In this document: positions 29,811 through 39,930 of the stretch, one piece after another
Layout of the letters: each line of letters starts with the position of its first letter
Position numbering within the stretch: the first letter of the stretch is position 1
Origin: a virus
Lineage: Duplodnaviria; Caudoviricetes
Direction: 5' to 3' (one strand)
Length of the DNA: 64,000 bases
IMG/VR virus record: IMGVR_UViG_3300037846_000091
Location: 1-64,000 of that record
Made by a program: the position numbers and the translations under genes
Notes under the pieces: model-generated
Told to the model about the DNA's origin: nothing
Databases searched by the model: none
The model's input: only the letters and a program-made list of their open reading frames with translations

Positions 29811-30677
29811 ATGAACGACGTACCAGAAAAAAACTGCGGCTGGATCAAGCCCTGGCATCCCAAAGGCTTGCAAGTCACGCTGCCGATCATCGCGGATTAC
29901 GACTACGCCGCCGCATTCAAAGCCGTCAGTGCATCGCTGGATGCTGGCTTCTTGGTGGCCGCCCCCGGCCTGGAGGAAGGCGAAGAGAAGGAAGAAGTCG
30001 GCTGGGTCTGCCGCGGCGCGTTCGAGAAGGAAGGCGAGGTCACTCCCTACGTCCTTCTCTACGCCGTCAACGAGCAGCTGACGTGGAGCTTCCTGAAGGT
30101 GTACCTGAACAAGCCGCAGGACATCGCGGCCTTCGAGTACGCCTCCAAGCTGCAATTCGACAAGCTCCCCGATTACGTCGGCAACGACAAGCCGCAGAGG
30201 GGAGCCAGCAAAAAAACCGACGCCTTCATCGTCAAGGTTCCGAAGCCTTTCACCGTGGTCTACAAGCGGAACCCCAAGCACAACGACACGGAAGAGGGCA
30301 AGATGAAGCCGGCTCGCCTGTTCGTCCGCTGGTCGGACACGAAGCCGGACGGCGCGCAGGGGAAGCCAGAGGAATCGGCGGCCATGAGCGAGCATACCCA
30401 GCAGTCGCCGCCGAAGCAAAACGGGCACGAACCCATCAAGGACGGTGTGGACTTCTCCACCCGGATCACCAGAGCCGACACGCTGGGGTCAAAGGCTTCC
30501 TACTGGCCAGCTGGCGCTCTGGTTGCCGAGCTTCGCCAGCTTCGACCAGGAATGCCCAAGGAACTGACGGCCTGGCCGCAAGCCGAGTGGGAAAACTGCA
30601 TGGCGTGGGCTCGCAAGGAGTTTGCCAGGCACCGTGAAATGGCCGTCACAACTTCCGGGCCTGACAGGCCATTCTGA
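29811..30677 (+). CDS. Hypothetical protein (possibly DNA-binding/recombination)
   Basis: Long ORF with phage-like codon usage in the DNA-metabolism block. No motif recognised. Confidence 0.55.
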   Translation: MNDVPEKNCGWIKPWHPKGLQVTLPIIADYDYAAAFKAVSASLDAGFLVAAPGLEEGEEKEEVGWVCRGAFEKEGEVTPYVLLYAVNEQLTWSFLKVYLNKPQDIAAFEYASKLQFDKLPDYVGNDKPQRGASKKTDAFIVKVPKPFTVVYKRNPKHNDTEEGKMKPARLFVRWSDTKPDGAQGKPEESAAMSEHTQQSPPKQNGHEPIKDGVDFSTRITRADTLGSKASYWPAGALVAELRQLRPGMPKELTAWPQAEWENCMAWARKEFARHREMAVTTSGPDRPF

Positions 30678-30680
30678 GGA

Positions 30681-31136
30681 GTGCCCACAGTGAACGTCGT
30701 CGTCTCGTACACCCTGAACGGCCCGCGCCGTTCGCCAGCGTTCGCCAGCTGGGACGATGCCCTGGCATGGGCCAAGGCCGCCCGCGAAACCTGGCGGCGC
30801 TGCAAGCCCGAGGTCGTCCCGGCAGAAGAAAGCGACGGGCCGCCGATTCGTCTGGAAAGGCCGGTTCTGCTGGAGCTGGAGCTTTTCCGCGACGGGCTGA
30901 CCGGCAATAGTGGGCTGCGGCTCAACGGCCGCGTCTACTTCGTCCAGTTCGGTCCAAGCGAGGTCACGCTGGGATATTTCGACCGCAAGGGGGCGCCGGT
31001 CGCGCACCACGTTCGCAAGGGAAGCTGCACCTGCGACAACTGGAGGTTCGTGGTGTCAAGGTACGGCGGCTTGTGCAAGCACCAGATGGCCGTCAAGAAG
31101 CTGGGGTTGCTGACGCCAGCAGCGGCAGCGGTTTAA
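30681..31136 (+). CDS. SWIM zinc-finger protein
   Basis: SCTCDNW...CKHQMAV (CxC...CxH). Confidence 0.75.
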   Translation: MPTVNVVVSYTLNGPRRSPAFASWDDALAWAKAARETWRRCKPEVVPAEESDGPPIRLERPVLLELELFRDGLTGNSGLRLNGRVYFVQFGPSEVTLGYFDRKGAPVAHHVRKGSCTCDNWRFVVSRYGGLCKHQMAVKKLGLLTPAAAAV

Positions 31137-31741
31137 GGAGCAGGACGTGGATGCCTTCGAGGACGAAGCCCGATTCATCGAGACGATCCTGATGCCGGCC
31201 TACTCGCCTGAGAACGCGAAGTACGACGGCGACACGGTGTCGCGGGCGGAAGTCTACGAAGAGATGGCCAAGATCGTCGCCAGGCTCAGGGCAAAGTCAG
31301 GGCAACTGCGCCCGGCAGACAATTGGGATGACGGAGGGCTGTTCCCATGAAAATCTGCGACAAGTTCCGCTGGGTCATCTCCTCCGACAACAAGTGTGGC
31401 TGTTGGCCCCTGGCGTGTCCTGTGCCGATAGATGCGGATGCACGCTACTGCGACGGCTGCGAGCGGCACGTTATCAGTGAGCGGTGGACCCAGGTTGTGC
31501 GGGACGAGGTCTGCCAGCAGATGTGTCACCGGCACTTTCAGGAGTGATTTGACGCGGGCCAGCGCGTAGCGGTTATAGTTGATACCCGACCGCTGGCCCC
31601 GGTCATGTTAGTTGCGACCCGTGAAGAGAACACACCGGCCCCCGCTGTTCTGGGGCCCGAGCTGCGTACCTTTCACGGGTCAAGACGCAGCGGGCCCGGG
31701 CTCCAGAACAATGGGGGCCTTTCGTTTTCCAGGGGAAGGAC

Positions 31742-32308
31742 ATGCCGACAACGTACTGCAAAGCGCCAGCCGACCTGACCGCGCTGATACGCCGCCTGGT
31801 GCCTCTGCACCCCGAGTTGCACGAGGTCGAGGCCCGCGTCTCTGGACTGGTGGCCCACCCCGACGAATCGGATGCGGACGCGGGACCGCCCGAGAAGGAC
31901 GACGACGGCCGGGAGAGCTACCTGGCTCTTAAGGAGCGCAGCATCCCGGTCTGCGGCACAGTGAAGGTGGTGGGCCAGTTGCAACGCGCCGCCGGCCTGG
32001 CCGATGCCTTGGTCATCCTGGACGGCTTTTGGTGGAACCACCTGGATTGGAGCGACCGCCGCAAGGAAGCAGAAGTCTGGAAGCAGCTGGCCCGCCTCGC
32101 CGTGAAGCGGTACAAGGAAGGCGCGGTCAAGAGCGACGACGGCGGCAGGCCGAAGCTGGAGATACGGCCGCCGACGATCTTCCTGGCCGTCGATGCCGCG
32201 GTGCTTCGGAGATACGGGGACGTGCTTCCCGAGGCCCGCGTTCTGGAGGAGTTGGCGCAGTCGTGGCAGCAGGGGGAGTTGAGCTTTGCGGAGGCCGCCA
32301 GCGCATGA
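31742..32308 (+). CDS. Phage putative-metallopeptidase-like protein lacking HExxH
   Basis: Overall pattern (HPEL...G.VKVV...DALVILDG.WW...RRKEA). The position where HE is expected reads KQ. Confidence 0.55.
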   Translation: MPTTYCKAPADLTALIRRLVPLHPELHEVEARVSGLVAHPDESDADAGPPEKDDDGRESYLALKERSIPVCGTVKVVGQLQRAAGLADALVILDGFWWNHLDWSDRRKEAEVWKQLARLAVKRYKEGAVKSDDGGRPKLEIRPPTIFLAVDAAVLRRYGDVLPEARVLEELAQSWQQGELSFAEAASA

Positions 32309-32610
32309 CCGTCTTGCAGCCCAGCCTGTTCGACGACACCTTGCAGGAGCGCTTCGAGCTTTGGCTCAGCGCCAACCCGCACGTTTACGAACGATTCCGT
32401 GCGGCGGCCCTGGCCCTGAAGGCGGAAGGCCGCAAGCGGTTCGGGTCGAAAGCGATTTGGGAGAGGATTCGCTGGGAAACGATGGTTCAGACCACGGGAA
32501 GCGAGTTCAAGCTGGACAACACCTGGACAAGCCGGATGGCTCGCAAGCTGTTGGCGGACTGCCCTGAGCTGGTGGGCTTCCTTGAGACACGACGACTCCA
32601 GCGAGACTAG
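32305..32610 (+). CDS. Conserved phage protein
   Basis: NPHVYERF...G.KRFGSKAIWERIRWE...FKLDN...ARKL. Confidence 0.65.
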   Translation: MTVLQPSLFDDTLQERFELWLSANPHVYERFRAAALALKAEGRKRFGSKAIWERIRWETMVQTTGSEFKLDNTWTSRMARKLLADCPELVGFLETRRLQRD

Positions 32611-32652
32611 GGAGGGTTGCAGACGTGGCAAGAGGGTTGTACCTTGGAAGTT

Positions 32653-32856
32653 ATGGCGAAGCAGCGGAAAAAGGTTCCTGGCAACCCCTGGCCCAAGCGC
32701 CTCAAGGCGTTGCGCGAGCGTCTCGGCCTGACTCAGACCGAGGCCGGCGCCCGCGTCGGGGTTTCCCAGCGATCCTGGGCTCTCTGGGAAGCCGGCCGCA
32801 TCCCCTCCCCTCCCGTGCAAATCCTGCTCGATCTTCTGGATTCTGGAAAACTGTAA
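32653..32856 (+). CDS. XRE/Cro-type HTH regulator
   Basis: LKALRERLGLTQTEAGARVGVSQRSWALWEAG. Upstream promoter TTGCAG-17-TACCTT. Confidence 0.9.
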   Translation: MAKQRKKVPGNPWPKRLKALRERLGLTQTEAGARVGVSQRSWALWEAGRIPSPPVQILLDLLDSGKL

Positions 32857-32867
32857 GACGGCTGACC

Positions 32868-32924
32868 TTGACACCGGACGAACTTAGTTCCTATGCTTAC
32901 GCTAAGAACTAGGTTCCTATCGGT
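32868..32924 (+). promoter_or_regulatory. Replication-operon promoter with two operator-like repeats
   Basis: TTGACA-18-TATGCT. Repeats GAACTTAGTTCCTAT (32880) and GAACTAGGTTCCTAT (32910). Confidence 0.65.
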
Positions 32925-32935
32925 GGGTTCGCGTC

Positions 32936-33769
32936 ATGGCCGGAGACTGGATTAAATTCGAGAACACGACCCCGGATAAGCCGGAGGTCGTCCGCCTGGC
33001 CGACATTCTTGGAATCGACCAGGACGCGGTTATCGGAAAGCTACTTCGCCTGTGGGTGTGGTGTGACCAACAAAGCGCAAACGGTGACGCTCTCGGCGTC
33101 ACAAAAACGTTTCTTGACCGTTACACAAGTTGCACCGGATTCTGCGAAGCGCTCATTGCGGTCGGATGGCTGAAGGACGAAAACGGACTTTCCATCCCAA
33201 ACTATGACCGCCACAACGGTGAACCGGCCAAAAAGAGGGCCTTGGGCGCCAAAAGAATGAAAAAGTTGCGCTCTGGTGACGCTGCGAGCGCAACATCAGC
33301 GTCACCAGAGAAGAGAAGAGAAGAGAAGAGTAAATCCATTGCTGCTGCCGCAGCGACAGACACGGACTCGGAAACACTCGGGACACATCAACCCGACCCT
33401 ACCGACGAAGAACCTCTGCCAAAGGCACGCACCAAAAAACGGGATGAACTCTTTGACGCCGTTGCCGGGGTCACCGCGTCTGACCCGAAGGCTTCCGGCA
33501 GTTTCATCGGCCGTGTCTGTAAGAAACTCCGCGAGTCGGACAACCCTTACACGCCGGCAGAGGTTCGGAAGTGGGCAGAAATGGTCACGCGGGAGTGGAA
33601 GTTAACCACGCCGCCGACGCTCGGGATGCTCGAAAAACATATCGGCCGTGTTCGTGCCGGTGGTGTTGCCGACGATTCCGACCGGCCGTTGACCAGAGAA
33701 GAGATCGACGCCGATAGCCGCTCTCGCGGAGCCTACCGCGGCAAGGACCCGGAAGCCTGGAGTAAGTGA
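32936..33769 (+). CDS. Phage replication initiator (lambda O/DnaD-like organisation)
   Basis: MAGDWIKF...KPEV..LADILG...GKL.RLW.W, a central EKRREEK linker and a C-terminal helical domain. Confidence 0.8.
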   Translation: MAGDWIKFENTTPDKPEVVRLADILGIDQDAVIGKLLRLWVWCDQQSANGDALGVTKTFLDRYTSCTGFCEALIAVGWLKDENGLSIPNYDRHNGEPAKKRALGAKRMKKLRSGDAASATSASPEKRREEKSKSIAAAAATDTDSETLGTHQPDPTDEEPLPKARTKKRDELFDAVAGVTASDPKASGSFIGRVCKKLRESDNPYTPAEVRKWAEMVTREWKLTTPPTLGMLEKHIGRVRAGGVADDSDRPLTREEIDADSRSRGAYRGKDPEAWSK

Positions 33770-33770
33770 C

Positions 33771-34256
33771 GTGCCGACGCTGAATCTGCCGCCCAAATTG
33801 CATCTGTACTTCGACGGGTTATGCGAAGCCAGGAACCCAGGCGGCTGGTCGTGCTACGGCTGGGTTTTACTGGACGAAGCGGCAACGAACGTGGCGAGCG
33901 GGCACGGGGTTTCCAAGAAGCCGGGTCCGACTTCGACGAACAACTTCGCCGAATACGCGGCCCTGGGATTCGCGCTGCGATACCTCGCGGACGAAAAGTG
34001 GAAGGGGAACAAGCTCCGCATCTGGGGTGACTCCCAGCTGGTCATCCGGCAGATAACGCGGGAGTGGGACTGCAACAAGGAACACCTTCAAAAGCTGCGT
34101 CAGCGCTGCTGGGATTTGCTCGACGCGCTGGGTTGCCGGTGGTCTGCGGAGTGGGTGCCGAGAACGCGGAACGAAGCGGCCGATGCGTTGTCGAGGTTGG
34201 CGTACAAGGAAGCGACCGGGCAGGATTGTCCAGTGCGGGAGAAGCAAAAGACATGA
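33771..34256 (+). CDS. rnhA: Ribonuclease HI
   Basis: YFDG...RNPGG, TNNFAEYAAL, WGDSQLVI, WVPRTRNEAADALS. Confidence 0.92.
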   Translation: MPTLNLPPKLHLYFDGLCEARNPGGWSCYGWVLLDEAATNVASGHGVSKKPGPTSTNNFAEYAALGFALRYLADEKWKGNKLRIWGDSQLVIRQITREWDCNKEHLQKLRQRCWDLLDALGCRWSAEWVPRTRNEAADALSRLAYKEATGQDCPVREKQKT

Positions 34257-36211
34257 TCGCTCAAGAGAACCGCCTGGACCTGGCCCGGCTCATGCTGGAC
34301 GTGTTCAAGGGCCGTGAGGACGTGGTGGCCATCCCTGGTGAGCCGACACAGGACGGCAAGGAGACTTTCAAGCCATACCGATTGTCCAAGCCGATGCCAG
34401 CCCACTGGATTTCCGACCGGCACCTTGCGGGCAAGGCGTGTCTTGGGGTTTACACCACGGACAAGCTGAGCCGCTGCTGGTTTTCAGCCGTGGACTTTGA
34501 CAACCACCCGGACCACCCGGACCCGCTTTGGCAGGACAAGGCCACGAAGGTATTTCTGTGGCTTCAGCAGGCCGGACTGGAACCGCTGGCCGAAGTCTCC
34601 CAGCGCGGGAGCGGGGCGCACGTCTGGCTGTTCTTCGACGAACCGGCGCCGGCATGGATAGTGCGGGCGTGGTGGAGGGGGACTCTTGAGAAATCGGGCG
34701 TTCCCCCGGTGGAGATTTATCCGAAGCAGGACGAGCTAGAAGAGGGAAAGATCGGCAACCTCATCCGTTACCCCCTGTGGAACCAGTCTCGCTTCTGCGA
34801 CCCCGAGAACGATTGGAGCACCTTGGACGCATCGCAAGCCTTGAAGGCCATCAAGCGAACGAACGCGGCGGAACTGAAGGCCCTGGCGTTCAGCCTGGGA
34901 ATCGAGTTGACCCGTTCGGCTGTCCCATCGGTTCCAACGAAAGTGGATACCGGCGCCAGTAGCCCTGTCCTGTCTCTGCGTGTGCAGGACCGCCTCGGGC
35001 GCCAGTCCAGTTTGCTGGCTCGCCGGTGGGGCGGGGACATGACCGGCCTGAAGGACCAGTCGCGTTCGGCCTTGCTTCTGTCCATCGCCTGCGAGTTGGT
35101 TCGCCAGTACGTTCCGACCCCCGAGATAGCCGACGCGGTGCGGTATTGGGGATGCGAGCAGGGGATGGCGGAGAAGGTGAACCGCGCCGATTGGATGAGC
35201 CTGACGATGAGCAAGGCATACGAGTTTGTTTTGCTCAGAACAGAAGAGAAGAGCGCGGCGGCAACCAACCTGCACGACGCCTGCATGTCCTACCTGGACA
35301 CGTTGGAACGCGGCGAGCAGCTGCGGTTTTCTTCTGGGGTCGGGATGCTGGACGACAGCATTGAGGGCGTGGCGCCGGGGGAAATGTGCGTGATTGCGGC
35401 CAGGCCGTCGAACGGCAAAACGGCGTTCGGATGCCAGTGGGCGCGGAACATGGCCGGCTGCAATGTGCCCTGCCTCATCATCTCGGAAGAAATGTCGGCC
35501 ATCATGCTCGGCAAGCGTGCCCTGCAATCATTCAGCAACCAGAGCGAACAGTATTGGGGACGTGACACGGTCCCCATGCTGCGCAACGACGTTACCCGGT
35601 ACTTCACCGGCAAGGCGCCAATCTTCATCGTGGAGAACTGCAACAGCATCGACAGGACGGAGAAGGTCATAGAGCAATTCGTCGGCCTGCACGGTGTTCG
35701 CTTTGTGGTTGTGGACTATCTCCAGTTGCTCAAGAGCAAGGGCAACAGCCGCTATGAAGAGGTAAGCGATATTTCGATGCGGCTCAAGCAGGCCGCCGGC
35801 CGACATGACCTGGCAATGCTGGCGATGGCTCAGTTGAACCGCGAGGTAGAGAAGCGAAAGGGCAACGAACCGCAGCTATCGGACCTTCGGGACGCCGGCC
35901 AGATTGAGCAGGACGCGGACATTGTGTTGTTCCTTCAGCACCCCTACCGGATGAACCAGAAGGCATGGGAGCACGACCCGACGCTGTTCCGGGTGTGGTG
36001 CAAGAAGCACAGGAACGGGGCTATCCGGCATCCGTTCATGGAGATTAGCTTTGACCTGGAGCGGCAGTTGTTCGGGGTATACCGGATGCCTGGGTCGAAC
36101 GGAACCAATGGCCATCAGGGAGGACACGCGCCCAGCCAAGCGGCCATCGACCGCATGTTCAAGGTAACGCGGGAACCGGGCTGCGAAGATGACGATGACC
36201 CGTTGGCGTGA
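34253..36211 (+). CDS. AEP-type primase domain fused to a DnaB-like replicative helicase
   Basis: N-terminal RHLAGK..LGVY, AVDFD, SQRGSGAHVWLFF, EIYPKQ and GNLIRYPL. C-terminal AARPSNGKT, VVVDYLQL, AQLNRE and DLRDAGQIEQDAD. Confidence 0.88.
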   Translation: MIAQENRLDLARLMLDVFKGREDVVAIPGEPTQDGKETFKPYRLSKPMPAHWISDRHLAGKACLGVYTTDKLSRCWFSAVDFDNHPDHPDPLWQDKATKVFLWLQQAGLEPLAEVSQRGSGAHVWLFFDEPAPAWIVRAWWRGTLEKSGVPPVEIYPKQDELEEGKIGNLIRYPLWNQSRFCDPENDWSTLDASQALKAIKRTNAAELKALAFSLGIELTRSAVPSVPTKVDTGASSPVLSLRVQDRLGRQSSLLARRWGGDMTGLKDQSRSALLLSIACELVRQYVPTPEIADAVRYWGCEQGMAEKVNRADWMSLTMSKAYEFVLLRTEEKSAAATNLHDACMSYLDTLERGEQLRFSSGVGMLDDSIEGVAPGEMCVIAARPSNGKTAFGCQWARNMAGCNVPCLIISEEMSAIMLGKRALQSFSNQSEQYWGRDTVPMLRNDVTRYFTGKAPIFIVENCNSIDRTEKVIEQFVGLHGVRFVVVDYLQLLKSKGNSRYEEVSDISMRLKQAAGRHDLAMLAMAQLNREVEKRKGNEPQLSDLRDAGQIEQDADIVLFLQHPYRMNQKAWEHDPTLFRVWCKKHRNGAIRHPFMEISFDLERQLFGVYRMPGSNGTNGHQGGHAPSQAAIDRMFKVTREPGCEDDDDPLA

Positions 36212-36223
36212 TGCGGAGAAGCT

Positions 36224-36622
36224 GTGATTGAGTTCGTGAAGGCCAACCCTGTTCGCTCTCCATCAGCCCGCAAGGCATGGAGCAAAGCGCACGACCACTG
36301 CCAGGCGTGTGGCCTGGGGGCATCGTGCTGGCCGTTGCACACGCACCATTTAATCCGAGGCTCAAGGTCTGATGAACCGTGTGCCCTTCTCAGGCTTTGC
36401 GTTAGCTGCCATGGCGCTCACCATGATTGTCCTTTGGTGCTTCCCGATGGCCGGCGTCTGGTGCTGACGTTCGCGCAAACGCTCTGGCTCAAGCAGGCGC
36501 GTGACCCGCAAGAGTGGGACGCCGAGAGGCTGGAGGCGCTGTACCATCGGCCGCTACCCGACCTCGCCGAGCCACACGACTACTTTCAAGAGATGTACCG
36601 CAAGCACCGGGGGAAAGCATGA
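36224..36622 (+). CDS. HNH-like nuclease
   Basis: CQACG...HTHHLI...LLRLCVSCHGAHH. Confidence 0.7.
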   Translation: MIEFVKANPVRSPSARKAWSKAHDHCQACGLGASCWPLHTHHLIRGSRSDEPCALLRLCVSCHGAHHDCPLVLPDGRRLVLTFAQTLWLKQARDPQEWDAERLEALYHRPLPDLAEPHDYFQEMYRKHRGKA

Positions 36623-36982
36623 CGTGGCAACCAGGCCAGATCATCTACGTTGTTGTGTCCTATAACGGAATCGCTCTGCCCTGGATTGAGGAACGGGTGT
36701 TCATCGAGGACAGGTTGGACGGTATCTACGCCAAGCGACCGCTGTATCCCGGGGGAGAGTGCCTGCTCAGGGATAGGTGCTTTGCCTCGGAGGAAGAGGC
36801 CAGGTCCCTTGTCGTGCAACTGTGCAAAAAGAACCGTGACAAGGTGCGACGAGACCTGAAGAAGCTGGACCAGGTGATTGCGGGAGAGCCGGTCAAGGTA
36901 GAGAAGCGGAAGGGGTGGAGGTAATGACCGTCGAGCGCGTGCTATCGGGAGAGCTGGCGTACCACGTCGCGGAGAGCGAAGC

Positions 36983-38332
36983 GTGAAGCTCAAAGCTCCA
37001 TTTCCCGCCTTCGGAGGCAAGAGCGCGGTGGCCGAAGTCGTCTGGGGACGGCTTGGCGATTGCGATAATTTCATTGAACCCTTCTTTAACAGTGGTGCTG
37101 TCCTACTGCTGCGCCCGCACGCTCCGAAGATCGAAACCGCGAACGACCTGGATAGCTACATCGCTAACTTCTGGCGAGCAACCCAGCAGGACCCCGAGGC
37201 GGTCGCGTACTACGCCGATGGCCCGGTGAATGAGGTTGACCTACATTCGCGGCACCGATGGCTGGTGCTGTCGGATGACGCCGCGACGTTCCGCAAGCGG
37301 ATGAGGACGGAGCCTGACTACTACGATTCCAAGGTTGCCGGCTACTGGTGCTGGGGACTCTGCTGTTGGATCGGTTCGGGGTGGTGTGCAACCAACGAAT
37401 CGGCGGAATGGGATCAAATGCCGGACATTACCGGAGCAAGAGATATTGGCAAAGGTGTTCACGCTCGCGGCCAAGACAACCGCAAGCCGCGCATCGACGG
37501 CGGCGAAGGGCAGCTGGGTCATGGGGTACACGCTAAGGGACAGCTGCCGAAGTTGTCCTGCTCCGATGGCGTGCTTGGCACGACATCGGAGCAGTTGCCG
37601 CTGATTGGCGACCCGCCCCGCGGTGGACACCGCGGGGCGGGTCCTGCCGGTGAGTCGCTGCCGGTCAAACGGCAGCGACTCACCGGCAGCAACAAGATAC
37701 TGGGGCAGGTTGGGTCGCTGCACGGGAAGCGACCCAACCTGAACGGTACGCCGGATGGGGCCGTCAGCAATGCTGGCGTACCGTGTACGCCAGCATTGCT
37801 GACGGCCGGTAACCGTCCCCAACTTGCCGACGCCTTCAGCCGTGGTCGAGGCGTCAACGGCAACGATGAGGCAGGAACCTGCGAGCAAAGGCGGGCATGG
37901 CTTTTGGATTGGTTCTGCCGTCTTAGGGATCGCCTACGCACGGTCAGGGTGTGCTGCGGCGACTGGTCGAGGGTTTGCTCGTCGGAGAGCGTCACAACGC
38001 GGCTGGGAACGACTGGAGTCTTCCTTGACCCGCCCTATGGGGCCAAGGCGAAGAGGACGAAGAAGCTCTACTCCACCGACAGCCTGACCGTGGCCGACGA
38101 CGTGCGCCGGTGGTGCCTGGAGCGCGGACCTGACCCGATGATGCGGATAAGCCTCGCAGGGTATGCCGGGGAAGGACACGAAGAGTTAGAGCAACACGGC
38201 TGGGATGTGTTCGCCTGGAAGGCCGCTGGCGGCTACGGGAACCGCACGGAAGAGGGCAAGGCCAATAGTGCCAAGGAACGGCTTTGGTTCAGCCCTCATT
38301 GCCTCTCAGGGTGTCCTTTGTTCGAGGACTAA
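36983..38332 (+). CDS. DNA adenine methyltransferase (D12/Dam class) with a large internal insertion
   Basis: PFPAFGGKS, FIEPFFNSGAVLL, ANDLD and FLDPPY. Confidence 0.88.
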   Translation: MKLKAPFPAFGGKSAVAEVVWGRLGDCDNFIEPFFNSGAVLLLRPHAPKIETANDLDSYIANFWRATQQDPEAVAYYADGPVNEVDLHSRHRWLVLSDDAATFRKRMRTEPDYYDSKVAGYWCWGLCCWIGSGWCATNESAEWDQMPDITGARDIGKGVHARGQDNRKPRIDGGEGQLGHGVHAKGQLPKLSCSDGVLGTTSEQLPLIGDPPRGGHRGAGPAGESLPVKRQRLTGSNKILGQVGSLHGKRPNLNGTPDGAVSNAGVPCTPALLTAGNRPQLADAFSRGRGVNGNDEAGTCEQRRAWLLDWFCRLRDRLRTVRVCCGDWSRVCSSESVTTRLGTTGVFLDPPYGAKAKRTKKLYSTDSLTVADDVRRWCLERGPDPMMRISLAGYAGEGHEELEQHGWDVFAWKAAGGYGNRTEEGKANSAKERLWFSPHCLSGCPLFED

Positions 38333-38635
38333 CCATGACCAAAACAGCGTCTCTATGCCAGCTATGCCGCCGTGCTGTGATGACGAAGCGACGCCGCTGC
38401 AACATCTGCGGCAAGCTGGTGTGTCGTCCCTGCACGACGACCACGGACAAGGATAGCGGCGGACCCATCTGCCGAGAGTGCGACGGCAAGAACGACAGAG
38501 CCAGGCTGGAGGGCCGATGAACGCCGTCCACCTTCATCGTGGCCGCGGCGATTGCAACCGCGCGTTGCGCGAGTACAGGCCGAAGCCTGGCGTCGATGTG
38601 CTGGAGTCGCGGGTGTTGCCGGAGGGACAGAGGCC

Positions 38636-38992
38636 ATGAAACGCCAACCGCTACCTGTGGTGACCGATTGCCGCAACTGTGGTGCATGTTGTACCGAGCA
38701 ATCCGGCCTGCCCGTCAGCTGGTATCTCGGCGGCGCTTTCCCTCTGGGCGAACGGCTGAAGCTGCCTCCGGCCCTGCTCGCCGAGATGCAGGCTATACTG
38801 GACGGCTGGCTCGTCAATGGCTTCCCGGCCGACAACGCTCCATGCGTGTGGTACAACGCCGAGACGCGGCAGTGCGCACACCATGATAACAGGCCAGAGA
38901 TTTGCAGGGAGTTTGAGATAGGTGAGAAAAGCTGTTTGGACTGGCGGCGAAGGAAGGGCATCGACCAGGGGAAGTTGGTGGAGGTGCCGTAG
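38636..38992 (+). CDS. YkgJ-family cysteine-cluster protein
   Basis: DCRNCGACC...PCVWY...QCAHHDNRPEICREF. Confidence 0.85.
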   Translation: MKRQPLPVVTDCRNCGACCTEQSGLPVSWYLGGAFPLGERLKLPPALLAEMQAILDGWLVNGFPADNAPCVWYNAETRQCAHHDNRPEICREFEIGEKSCLDWRRRKGIDQGKLVEVP

Positions 38993-39540
38993 GTGCCAGT
39001 CGTTCGCGTTGCTCCCAGGGTGTGCCCGTGCTGCGGCGTCGAGTTCAGGCCGCGCCGCAGTAGGGTAGTCTGCTGCTCAGCGATCTGAACGACAAAATGA
39101 GCAAGGGGAAACGCGATGCCTGACCCCATCTCCATCGCCGCCGCCCGCAAGCTCGCCAGGGTGAGCGAGGACAACACGCAGGTTTGTTTCGGAGAACCAG
39201 TATGAGCGAGATACTTGACACGCCAGAAGCGATTGATGCCGTCATATTCGGCGCCGACCCAAAAATCGTCGTCGGCCTGAACCGTCGCGGTCATGTGCAA
39301 CTCCAATTTCCAGCCGGCAAAGACTATGCCACGTTCTTGCCCGGCCAGGCCGACGAACTAGCGGAACTGCTGCGTAAATGGGCCAAAGAAAGCCGGAGGG
39401 CTGGTCATGTCTGAATATCTCCCCAAGTCTCCGATGTGCCCTCTGGGCAAGACGCCTCTGGTCCGTGGCCACGACGGCTATTGGGAGTGCCCCGGCTGCG
39501 GCTGGCGGTGTGCAGAGAGCGAGAGGGAGGAGCAGACGCA

Positions 39541-39930
39541 ATGAGAGTATCCAAGGCCACGGCCAAGAAGCTCGGTTTACCGGCGTCGGGAACGAAGTCT
39601 CGTCGTAAGGCAAAGGAGACCAGCAAACTGTTCTTGGCTGCGTGCCGCGAGCATGGATTGCCCGATCCCATCTTTGAGTATCCGTTTGCCTGGAAGGCGA
39701 TGGGCAGGAAGTGGCGGTTTGACTGGTTGTGGGGCAAGGTGGCCCTGGAGATTCAAGGGGGGATATGGACGCAAGGGCGCCATGTGAGAGGGGCCGCGTT
39801 GCTGGACGAACACAAGAAACTGAACGCTGCCGCGATTTTGGGATTCAGGGTCTTGTTCTGTACTCCAAAGGACGTGGAGAGCGGGGCTATCTTCCCCGTC
39901 ATAAAGAAAGCTCTGGAGGCACAATGTTAA
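39541..39930 (+). CDS. PD-(D/E)xK endonuclease (phage resolvase-like)
   Basis: EYPF...RKWRFDW...VALEIQGG...GRH...K.NAA..LG.RV. Confidence 0.8.
   Translation: MRVSKATAKKLGLPASGTKSRRKAKETSKLFLAACREHGLPDPIFEYPFAWKAMGRKWRFDWLWGKVALEIQGGIWTQGRHVRGAALLDEHKKLNAAAILGFRVLFCTPKDVESGAIFPVIKKALEAQC

Noticed and set aside
33305-33330. GAAGA tandem repeat as replication iterons
   Set aside because: It encodes the EKRREEK linker common to these initiators and is too short to call an origin.
38993-39088. TGA recoding (Sec/Trp) in a short Zn-finger ORF where a Cys is expected
   Set aside because: A second stop follows within four codons and all long genes use TGA as a normal stop. More likely a decayed ORF.
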